Part shown: positions 20,101 to 27,506 of the stretch, one piece after another
Numbering within the stretch: position 1 is the first letter of the stretch
How the letters are laid out: each line of letters begins with the position of its first letter
The notes under the pieces: generated by a model
What the model saw: the letters and a program-made list of their open reading frames with translations, nothing else
The model's database searches: none
Told to the model about the DNA's origin: nothing
Position numbers and translations under genes: made by a program
From: Desulfoluna butyratoxydans
Lineage (GTDB): Bacteria; Desulfobacterota; Desulfobacteria; Desulfobacterales; Desulfolunaceae
Assembly: GCF_900699765.1 (NCBI RefSeq)
Contig: NZ_CAADHO010000006.1
Span: forward strand, 71,770 to 103,769
DNA: 32,000 bases
Direction: 5' to 3'

Positions 20101-20237
20101 GGGGGGTATCCCTTATTCTTCGGTTCTATGGGTGACGGATGTCACCGCAAAACGAATCAAAGGGTGCGTTGCGATGGCTTCCTGTATCTCTTTGTTGTGC
20201 CCGCTTCTTATCAGAAAGAGGCCGGGGGATGCCACCG

Positions 20238-20264
20238 GAAAAAACAGCACCCCCGAGCCGGGGT
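20238..20264 (-). terminator. Weak rho-independent terminator after the aldolase gene
   Basis: The minus strand reads tgACCCCggctcGGGGTgctgttttttcc. It is a 5-bp GC stem overlapping the stop codon, followed by T6. Confidence 0.4.
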
Positions 20265-20917
20265 CACAGGGTTTGCCGGATTTCGTCCCAGAAGGCCAGG
20301 GCATGGTCCGGCAGGGTGGAGACGGGGCGCCCCGTGGCCAGGGCGCTGTGGTAGACCTTGGCGATTTTTTCGAGGAACTCGGCGTTCCTCAGGGCCTGCT
20401 TGAGGGATCCCCCTAAGTTCAGGGCGCCGTGGTTCTGCATGATAAAGCAGGCGCAGCCATTGGTGACGGCATCGCCCACCTGGGCGGCCAGGGCGTCGGT
20501 GCCGCTGATGGCATAGGGGATCACCGCCACCTGGTTGCCGATGTGCATGGTGATCTCGTCAAAAAGGGGCGGGATGGGGGTGTTGAGCACCGAAAAGATG
20601 CTGGCGTGGAACTGGTGGGTGTGGGCCACAGCCCCCACGTCCGGGCGCGCCTTGTAAATGGCGGCGTGCATCCCCGCCTCGATGGAGGGCTTCAGGTCCC
20701 CTTCCAGCCGGTTGAGGTCGAAGTCCAGCAGGCAGATGTCCTCTGGGGAGAGTTCGTTGTAAGGCACGGACGACGGGGTGACGGCAAAAAGGTTTTCACC
20801 GGGCACCCGCGCTGAAACGTTGCCCCCGGAGCTGAGGTGGGAGCCGAAGTAGTTGTTTTCCGAAAGCCAGAGGGCCGAATCCAGGACCTCCTGCTTGATG
20901 TCGATGGTTGCGTCCAT
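20264..20917 (-). CDS. Class II aldolase/adducin-domain family protein
   Basis: Start at ATG 20917 (MDATIDIKQEVLDSALWLSEN...). His cluster AVAHTHQFH and NHGALNLG are typical of the FucA/AraD-like fold. Confidence 0.8.
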   Translation of the reverse strand: MDATIDIKQEVLDSALWLSENNYFGSHLSSGGNVSARVPGENLFAVTPSSVPYNELSPEDICLLDFDLNRLEGDLKPSIEAGMHAAIYKARPDVGAVAHTHQFHASIFSVLNTPIPPLFDEITMHIGNQVAVIPYAISGTDALAAQVGDAVTNGCACFIMQNHGALNLGGSLKQALRNAEFLEKIAKVYHSALATGRPVSTLPDHALAFWDEIRQTL

Positions 20918-21017
20918 ATGTAGAGAGACTCCTTCCTGGCACCACCCGGGCGATACCGGGAGGCCTTCGTTTTTCAAGGTGGATATCGTGTATCGATGAT
21001 CCATTCAGTTTAAAAAT

Positions 21018-21561
21018 GTCTTCTATGGTTAAAGTTTGGCCCTAAAAGCGTGCCTCCGGCGGCGAGGTGAGCCACCTCGAAAGCTGGTAACCCTTGCGCT
21101 TCGTCCCTCGTTCCTCGGGCCAAAGCGCAAGGGCCTTAGCCTCGGGCTTCGCCCGACATAAACGCTGATGGTTTATGCGAGCTGGTTCACACGCTTCGAA
21201 GTTGGAGGATATGATGTCGCTGCTTGTCCATTATCGACTTAACCGTATTGCCCTGCCGGGGACCCAACGTTTAATCCGCCTTCGCCCATGTCCAAGGGGT
21301 ACGGCGCGACAAGCGAGAGGGAAAGCGCATTCGCCCCCTGTCTTCGAGGTGTCACACCTCGCCGCAGGAGTTATTTCGGTTAAAGGCAAGCGGCTCCCTA
21401 ATGCCCTTCATCGGGTTTGCAGAAAAATAAAATGGGCCTCTCCTGCAAAAGCGGTTGCCATATGTCACAGGCCACGCGAATGCCTCGAAAACGTCAGCAT
21501 GATGTGTCCCTCCATGCATTCGCCATAGGGTTTCCAGGTGCCCCACCTGGCCGCCGGAGGC
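21018..21561. repeat. Mosaic repeat cluster R4: M1(+) 21018-21177 (H1, H2, H3), a degenerate M1-type unit (-) about 21200-21372, and an M1 unit (-) about 21385-21561
   Basis: 12-mers at 21052-21063 (+), 21361-21372 (-, degenerate gccgcaggagtt) and 21550-21561 (-). H1 copies at 21064-21078, 21346-21360 and 21535-21549. H2 at 21091-21133, H3 at 21142-21156. Confidence 0.85.
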
Positions 21562-21765
21562 CTGCTTTTTCAACCCGCTTTATCCATGGAAGGCAATCTG
21601 AACAATGCCCAAACATGTTAGTATAGGCCCCCGGCATGGCACCGTAAAGAAGATTGTGGTGCGGGCTTGTGTCTGCCTGCGGGATACGATAAGAATGGGG
21701 AATTTCTTCGTAAATATCGATTGGATTGCAACAGGGCGGTGACCCATCGCCCGGGGAGTGTCGTT

Positions 21766-23703
21766 ATGTTCGGATGGTGCGGAACCGTGCTTCGTGTGGA
21801 CCTGACCCACGGGACCCTGGAAAAAAAAGAGCTGGACCGTGAGGTGGCCAAGGCCTTCCTTGGGGGCCGGGGCCTCAACGCAAAAACCCTGTTTGACGAG
21901 GTGGGACCCGGAGTGGACCCCCTGGGGCCGGAGAACCTTCTCTGTTTTGCCACCGGCACCCTGACGGCCACCACCATGGGGCTCTCCAGCCGTCTCCATG
22001 TCAGCACCCTGTCCCCTTACAGCGGGATCATGGGGGATGGCAACGTCGGCGGGACCATGGGCAACGTGATGAAGCGCGCAGGCTACGATCAGCTCGTGGT
22101 GAAAGGTGCCTCGGAGACGCCCGTCTATCTCCTCATCGAAGACGGGGAGGTTTCCCTCCATGACGCCGGGGACCTCTGGGGCCTGGACACCTGGGCCACC
22201 ACCGACATCCTTGTGGAGCGTCACGGCAAGGGAGTGAGCGTGGCCTGCATCGGCCAGGCCGGCGAGAACCTTGTGCGCCTTGCCTCCACCATGGTGGACA
22301 AGTACGCCTCGGCCTCCCGGGGCAGCGGGGCGGTGTGGGGCTCTAAAAACCTGAAAGCCATTGTATTGAGGGGCACCGGGCGCCCTGAGCTCTTTGACCG
22401 GCCCGGGTTCCTGGCCCTGTCCAAAGAAGACAAGCAGTTCATGGCCAAGGACCGGGTGCAGCAGGAGGTGGCGGCGGTCTACGGCTCACACTACGGCATC
22501 ACCCACTGGTACCCCGGGTACCGCAACTTTGAAAAGGAACTTTCCCCCGAGGAGGTTCCTGCCCAGATTCGCCACGACGCGTGGAAAGAGTACGAGATCG
22601 ACCGCGTGGGCTGCCAGAGCTGCCACATCAAGTGCAAGAACCTCTATAAGATCCCCAGGGGAGAGCGCAAAGGCGAGGTGGGGGAAGGCCTGGAGTACGA
22701 GGCCGTCTACTGCCTGGGCACCAACTGCGGGGTGGACGACCCGGTGGCCATCATGGAGATGGAGAATCTCTGCGATGCCTACGGCGTGGATGTCATCGCC
22801 ATCGGCAACACCATCGCCCTGGCCAAGGATCTCTACAACCGGGGCATCATCGACGATGAGGTGACGGGCGGCCTCGACCTCTCCTGGGAAAACGCCGAAG
22901 ACCAGGTGGAGCTGGTCCACAAGACCGTCATGCGCGAAGGCTTCGGCAACCTCATCGCTGAGGGCATGTACTCCCTGGCCAAGATCGTGGGCAACGGGGC
23001 CATGGAGTATTGCTACCACACCAAGGGGCTGGGGCGCGGGGTGTACCCTGCTGGCCTCTTCTCCCTGGCCCACGCCATCGCCACACGGGGCGCCGACCAC
23101 CTGCGCGGCCGAAGCTGGTCCTGCGGGGAAAACTCCGATGAGGACGTGCTCAAGGACCTCATGGAAAAAGGCATCATCACCGACGATCCGGTCCACTCCA
23201 TGATCCACGGAGAGCGGGTGACCACCCTGGCCGACACCATCGGGCGCTGCAAAGGCGCGGTGAACACCTGGACCTGCGCCTTGCCCCTTATCTGGAAAGG
23301 GTCCCTCTTCGACGGCCTGGCCGACATGCTCACCAAGGCCACGGGGGTTGCCTACACCGGCGCCATGGTGGAGGAGGTCTCCGACCGCATCGGTGCCGTG
23401 GAGCGCGCCTTCAACGCACGCCAGGGCATCACCATCACCCACGACATGCTGCCCCAGCGCCCGGACTTCAAGCACTCCCCGGAAGGGGCCAAAGAGCGGG
23501 AAGAGCACATGGACCTGGTGCGGTCCTGGTACCGGGAGAACGGTTACGACCCGGACACCGGGTTGCCCACGGCCGAGACCTATGGCCGTTTGGGCATCCG
23601 GGATGTGGGAGACACCCTGGCCCGAGACGAGGCCTACACATCGTGGGACGGTCCCTTGCTGATGGAAGCAGGCGCCTACCCCCGGGGCGGAAAGCGGTTC
23701 TAA
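21766..23703 (+). CDS. aor: Aldehyde:ferredoxin oxidoreductase (tungsten/molybdopterin AOR family)
   Basis: ATG 21766 lies 5 nt after GGGGAGTG. Motifs: MFGWCGTVLRVDLTHGTLEKKELD, GSKNLKAIVLRG and the Cys cluster CQSCHIKC. Product is 645 aa, the typical AOR length. Confidence 0.9.
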   Translation: MFGWCGTVLRVDLTHGTLEKKELDREVAKAFLGGRGLNAKTLFDEVGPGVDPLGPENLLCFATGTLTATTMGLSSRLHVSTLSPYSGIMGDGNVGGTMGNVMKRAGYDQLVVKGASETPVYLLIEDGEVSLHDAGDLWGLDTWATTDILVERHGKGVSVACIGQAGENLVRLASTMVDKYASASRGSGAVWGSKNLKAIVLRGTGRPELFDRPGFLALSKEDKQFMAKDRVQQEVAAVYGSHYGITHWYPGYRNFEKELSPEEVPAQIRHDAWKEYEIDRVGCQSCHIKCKNLYKIPRGERKGEVGEGLEYEAVYCLGTNCGVDDPVAIMEMENLCDAYGVDVIAIGNTIALAKDLYNRGIIDDEVTGGLDLSWENAEDQVELVHKTVMREGFGNLIAEGMYSLAKIVGNGAMEYCYHTKGLGRGVYPAGLFSLAHAIATRGADHLRGRSWSCGENSDEDVLKDLMEKGIITDDPVHSMIHGERVTTLADTIGRCKGAVNTWTCALPLIWKGSLFDGLADMLTKATGVAYTGAMVEEVSDRIGAVERAFNARQGITITHDMLPQRPDFKHSPEGAKEREEHMDLVRSWYRENGYDPDTGLPTAETYGRLGIRDVGDTLARDEAYTSWDGPLLMEAGAYPRGGKRF

Positions 23704-23771
23704 CCGGGTTCCCACATGCGACGTTCCTTCGTTACACCGGAGCATAGACGCAGAGAGTGACGCCTGGTCTT

Positions 23772-23826
23772 AAAATAAAAAGGCCCGTAAGCGGTTCCCG
23801 GAAGGGACCGTCTGCGGGCCTTTTCA
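23772..23826. terminator. Bidirectional rho-independent terminator between the convergent aor and Cys-rich peptide genes
   Basis: The outer stem aggcccg (23781-23787) pairs with cggggcct-type cgggcct (23815-23821). The inner stem cggttccc pairs with gggaccg, with one bulge. An A-run precedes it and ttttcatgttt follows. Confidence 0.7.
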
Positions 23827-23859
23827 TGTTTAATAAAGGAAATAAACGGGAACGCTGTG

Positions 23860-24027
23860 TTACAGCAGCCGCTTGTCGTCGGGGATGTCGCAGGTGTTGC
23901 TGGTACCGCATTGGGAGCAGTCGCAGCTGCACCCTTTCTTTTTACCGGTGAACGTGTGGTAGAGGGACCGCGCGGTAAAGAAAAAAGCGGCGGCCACCAC
24001 CAGAATGACGATAGCTGTGTCAAGCAT
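23860..24027 (-). CDS. FeoB-associated Cys-rich membrane peptide
   Basis: 55 aa from ATG 24027. One TM (MLDTAIVILVVAAAFFFTA), then GCSCDCSQCGTSNTC. This matches the pattern of small Cys-rich peptides found next to feoB. Confidence 0.7.
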   Translation of the reverse strand: MLDTAIVILVVAAAFFFTARSLYHTFTGKKKGCSCDCSQCGTSNTCDIPDDKRLL

Positions 24028-24122
24028 GAAATCGGCCTCTCTATTAAAGGGGTTACGGCCCATGGTGTTGATGGGCACAGGGGCGGTGTAAGCCGCTTGG
24101 CACCCCTTTCGGGTGCATCAGA

Positions 24123-24151
24123 AAGATAGGGGGTGGCAGTGGATGTGTCAA
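24123..24151 (-). promoter_or_regulatory. Sigma70-like promoter for the Cys-rich peptide gene (TTGACA-17-TATCTT)
   Basis: On the minus strand, -35 TTGACA is at 24146-24151 and -10 TATCTT at 24123-24128, with an exact 17-nt spacer. This gives a leader of about 90 nt to ATG 24027. Confidence 0.45.
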
Positions 24152-24186
24152 TGTAAAAAGTTAGGCTATCCAAAAAACATTTTAGA

Positions 24187-24215
24187 AAAAAAGAAGGTCT
24201 TCGGTCTTCTTTTTT
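24187..24215. other. AT-rich perfect 10-bp inverted repeat (aaaaaagaag / cttctttttt), a weak bidirectional terminator-like hairpin
   Basis: The arms at 24187-24196 and 24206-24215 are exact reverse complements around a 9-nt loop, gtcttcggt. It sits between the divergent Cys-rich and feoA promoters. Confidence 0.35.
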
Positions 24216-24316
24216 AAGTGAAGTTTTGTCACAACGATTTGAAATGATGATTTTATTTGTGCGTGGCAGCAGTGCGGGATACCGGGTTGAACGGTTGAAA
24301 TCGTTGAAAAAAAGAG

Positions 24317-24345
24317 TTGCATGGGGTGAAGTGGTGTGCTATCAA
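24317..24345 (+). promoter_or_regulatory. Sigma70-like promoter for feoAB (TTGCAT-17-TATCAA)
   Basis: -35 at 24317-24322 and -10 at 24340-24345 with a 17-nt spacer. Preceded by three GTTGAA direct repeats. Confidence 0.4.
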
Positions 24346-24493
24346 CCCCATAAAAACTTTGGCTTGCCAAAAAAGAGGCTTCCCGAAGGAACCGTGAGGT
24401 CATCGTACCCCGAAGGCACCTCCCCGCAGATGAGAAGCGGCAGGCACGCGGACCGGGGGCGCCTGTCCCGATACGGAGACAGGCAGCGACGGC

Positions 24494-24524
24494 GTGGGGC
24501 ATGAAGCCCCGTTTTATCTTTTCT
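24494..24524 (+). terminator. Attenuator-like hairpin plus U-rich tract inside the feoA leader
   Basis: gtGGGGCatgaaGCCCCgt gives 5 GC pairs plus 2 G:U wobbles, followed by gttttatcttttct. It lies 38 nt upstream of the feoA ATG. Confidence 0.4.
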
Positions 24525-24561
24525 TAACGGCAGTGTGACACTGGCATGAAGTGAGGCAACA

Positions 24562-24804
24562 ATGGCAGAGATGATGAGTTTACGTAAGATGAAGGTGGAT
24601 CAGAAAGGCGTGATCCGCATGGTCACCGGCGAAGGCGAACTGGGCCGGAGGATCCGTGACATGGGCATCGTTCCCAACACCGAGTTTACGGTGGTGGGCA
24701 AGGCCCCCCTTAAAGACCCCGTGGCCATCCGGCTCAGGGATTTTACCCTGACCCTCCGGAACAGTGAAGCGGACTTTATTTTTGTGGACGCCTTAGAGGC
24801 GTAG
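24562..24804 (+). CDS. feoA: Ferrous iron transport protein A (FeoA)
   Basis: 80 aa SH3-like FeoA pattern (GVIRMVTGEGELGRRIRDMGIVPNTEFTVVGKAPLKDPVAIRLRDFTLTLR). GTGAGG RBS 5 nt upstream. Confidence 0.85.
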   Translation: MAEMMSLRKMKVDQKGVIRMVTGEGELGRRIRDMGIVPNTEFTVVGKAPLKDPVAIRLRDFTLTLRNSEADFIFVDALEA

Positions 24805-24900
24805 CACCGGCAGCCCTGCACAAGGCGCTTCGTCTGATTTAATCAAGGAGCGGCCTGGGCGCATGACATGGACATCTTACAGCAGGTAAGCAGAATTATC

Positions 24901-27063
24901 ATGGATAAGCACTTGACGCTGGCACTGGCCGGCAACCCGAACTCCGGGAAGACCACCATGTACAACTCCCTCACCGGCGCACGCCAGAGGGTTGGAAACT
25001 ATCCGGGCATCACCGTGGAGCACCGCGAGGGAGATGCCCGCCATAACGGTCACGAACTCACCATCGTGGACCTTCCCGGCACCTATTCCCTCACCGCCTA
25101 CACCCCCGAGGAGCTCGTGGCCCGGGACTACATTGTGGAGCGTCGTCCCCAGGCCGTGGTAAACATTCTTGACGCCACCAGCCTGGAGCGAAACCTTTAC
25201 TTAAGCCTTCAGTTCATGGAACTCGGGGTCCCTGTGGTCCTGGCCCTTAACATGATGGACGCTGTGAGAAAGCAGGGCAAAGAGATCGACACCGCTCTTC
25301 TCTCCCAGCGCCTCGGGCTTCCCGTTGTGGAAACCGTTGCCCGTACCGGCGACGGCAAAGACCAGCTCATGGAAGAGGCCATCCGGTTTGCCCAAGAGAA
25401 GCAGGGCGAGTGGGCTCCCCTTGCCATCTCCTACGGCCCGGACCTCGACCCTGTCATTGACGAGATGGTGGCCGAAGTGGAGAAGAAGGCCTTCCTGGCC
25501 AACCGCGCACCGGCCCGCTGGGTGGCCATCAAGTACCTGGAGAACGACGAGCAGGTGATCAAGATGGGGGAGAGAAAAGACCCCGAGACCGCCGCCGTCC
25601 TCATCAAGATGGCTGAATCCGTGGCCCGGCATTGCCGCTCCACCTTAAAGATCAGCCCCGAATCCCTCATTGCCGATTACCGGTACGGATACATCGCCGC
25701 CCTGATGAAAGAAGGCGTGGTCCGTGCGGTACGTCCCCAGGCGCGCCTTCAGTTTTCCGACCAGCTGGACAAGGTCCTTACCCAGCAGTTCATGGGGCCG
25801 GCCATTATGGTGGGCATCCTCTATACCATCTTCTTTGCCACCTTTACCCTGGGCGAGATCCCCATGGGATGGGTGGAGAACTTTTTCGCCTGGTTCTCGG
25901 ACGTGGCCACGGCTGTTCTGCCCGAGGGCTTGCTTCAGTCCCTTGTGGTGGACGGCATCATCGGCGGCGTGGGCGGTGTCCTGGGCTTTGTGCCCCTGAT
26001 CATGGTCATGTTTATGATGATCGCCTTCCTTGAAGACTCCGGCTACATGGCCCGTATGGCTTACATGATGGACCGCGTTATGCGCGCCTTCGGCCTGCAC
26101 GGCTCTTCGGTTATGCCCTTTATCGTCTCCGGCGGTATCGCAGGCGGCTGCGCCGTGCCCGGCGTCATGGCCACCCGGACCTTGAGGAGCCCCAAAGAGA
26201 AGCTTGCGACCGTTCTCACGGCTCCCTTTATGAGCTGCGGCGCCAAGGTGCCTGTCATTATCCTCATATCCGCCGCTTTTTTCGAGAACTCCGCCTCGGT
26301 GATGTTCTGGACAGTACTGGGCGGATGGGCCGCTGCCCTGGTGGTGGCCAAGCTCCTGCGATCCACGGTGATCAAGGGCGAGTCCACCCCCTTTGTCATG
26401 GAACTGCCGCCTTACCGTATGCCCACCCTGAGAGGGCTTCTCATCCACACCTGGGAGCGTGCCTGGTCTTACATTAAAAAGGCGGGTACCGTGATCCTGG
26501 GGATCTCCATCCTCATCTGGGCCATGATGACCTTCCCCGGTCTGCCCGAAAACGAGACGGCTCAGTACGCGTCCCAGCGCACGGTGGCAGAATCCACCCT
26601 GAGCGCCGACGCCCTTGAGGCACGTCTCTCCGAGATCGACAACCTCGAGTCCCAGCACGCCCTCAAGCACTCCGTTGCAGGCAGGATCGGCACCGGCATG
26701 GAGTCCCTCACCCAGCTTGCCGGATTTGACTGGCGAACCAACATCGCCCTGCTGGGCGGCTTTGCCGCCAAAGAGGTCATTGTCTCCACCCTGGGCACTG
26801 CCTACTCCCTGGGCGAGGTGGACGCCGAAGAGGCCGAAGGGCTCTCCACGCGACTGGCAGCCGACCCCTCCTGGAGCGTGGCAACCGCCGTGGCCCTCCT
26901 GGTCTTTGTGATGCTCTACGCACCCTGTTTTGTCACGGTGGTGGTCATCGCACGGGAGACCTCCTGGAAATGGGCCACCTTCAGCGTGGTCTTCAACACA
27001 GGCTTTGCCTTTGTGCTCTCGGTGATGGCCTACCAGGTCACCCGGGCCATCATGGGCGGCTAA
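24901..27063 (+). CDS. feoB: Ferrous iron transporter FeoB
   Basis: G-domain motifs GNPNSGKTT, DLPG and NMMD, followed by a polytopic membrane domain. Start taken at ATG 24901 (MDKHLTLALAGNPN); the upstream in-frame ATG 24868 is possible. Confidence 0.9.
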   Translation: MDKHLTLALAGNPNSGKTTMYNSLTGARQRVGNYPGITVEHREGDARHNGHELTIVDLPGTYSLTAYTPEELVARDYIVERRPQAVVNILDATSLERNLYLSLQFMELGVPVVLALNMMDAVRKQGKEIDTALLSQRLGLPVVETVARTGDGKDQLMEEAIRFAQEKQGEWAPLAISYGPDLDPVIDEMVAEVEKKAFLANRAPARWVAIKYLENDEQVIKMGERKDPETAAVLIKMAESVARHCRSTLKISPESLIADYRYGYIAALMKEGVVRAVRPQARLQFSDQLDKVLTQQFMGPAIMVGILYTIFFATFTLGEIPMGWVENFFAWFSDVATAVLPEGLLQSLVVDGIIGGVGGVLGFVPLIMVMFMMIAFLEDSGYMARMAYMMDRVMRAFGLHGSSVMPFIVSGGIAGGCAVPGVMATRTLRSPKEKLATVLTAPFMSCGAKVPVIILISAAFFENSASVMFWTVLGGWAAALVVAKLLRSTVIKGESTPFVMELPPYRMPTLRGLLIHTWERAWSYIKKAGTVILGISILIWAMMTFPGLPENETAQYASQRTVAESTLSADALEARLSEIDNLESQHALKHSVAGRIGTGMESLTQLAGFDWRTNIALLGGFAAKEVIVSTLGTAYSLGEVDAEEAEGLSTRLAADPSWSVATAVALLVFVMLYAPCFVTVVVIARETSWKWATFSVVFNTGFAFVLSVMAYQVTRAIMGG

Positions 27064-27094
27064 GGCTGCAAAAAAAATAAAAGCACAAAAAACA

Positions 27095-27466
27095 GCCTCC
27101 GGCGGCAAGGTGTGCCACCTTGAAAGCAAATTACCGCCGGGCTTTGTCCCTCGTTCCTCGGGTCAAATCCCAGCGGTATTCTGGAGAACCATTGTGTGAT
27201 TATTTATTTCCGACAGCCTGAGCTGGCAAGCGTTCCAGCTTACGCTGAAAGGCCGCACGCAAGATCCGTGGCCTGTGATACCTGAATTTCCTTGATTGAT
27301 TGAAATGCCGTTGTGATGTGCCCATGGGGTGAATCGCAGCGGCATTTTTTTTTGCTTGAAACAAGCGTAACGTCCCCCTTCTCATTGGTTTTTACGGGCA
27401 AAGCCCGTCAGCACATGTGACGAACCCGAGGCACGAGGGTTCGGAGCATGTGCGAACCTGGGAGGC
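27095..27466. repeat. Mosaic repeat cluster R5: M1(+) 27095-27178 (H1, H2), about 200 bp of interior, truncated M1(-) 27394-27466 (H3, H2, partial 12-mer)
   Basis: gcctccggcggc at 27095-27106. H1 AAGGTGtgcCACCTT at 27107-27121. H2 at 27132-27178. On the minus strand, H3 is acgggctttgcccgt (27394-27408), H2 is at 27411-27453, and gcctcc is at 27461-27466. Confidence 0.8.
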
Positions 27467-27506
27467 ATCGCTTGAAAAGGTGCCCTTCCGACTGTAAAAT
27501 ACCCCC

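Noticed and set aside
21570-21765. Moco/Tuco riboswitch upstream of the tungsten-type aor.
   Set aside because: I could not find the conserved elements I remember for that motif (CCGAGCC-type and terminal AAAGGAG-type segments). This cannot be excluded without an Infernal scan.
24237-24262. Possible Fur box (gatttgaaatgatgattttatttg) upstream of feoA.
   Set aside because: Only about 10 of 19 positions match the classic GATAATGATAATCATTATC consensus, dyad symmetry is poor, and it lies 55-80 bp upstream of the predicted -35. It remains a weak possibility.
25645-27129. Long antisense ORFs. Examples: 494 aa opposite feoB; 419 aa at 22486-23745 opposite aor; 370 aa at 18910-20022 opposite selU; 318 aa at 6875-7831 and 259 aa at 5873-6652 opposite sensor genes; 262 aa at 544-1332.
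   Set aside because: These are typical shadow ORFs of high-GC coding regions. Their translations are Gly/Arg/His/Pro/Asp-rich low-complexity strings with no recognisable motifs or RBS. Each is fully overlapped by a gene with clear family signatures on the other strand.
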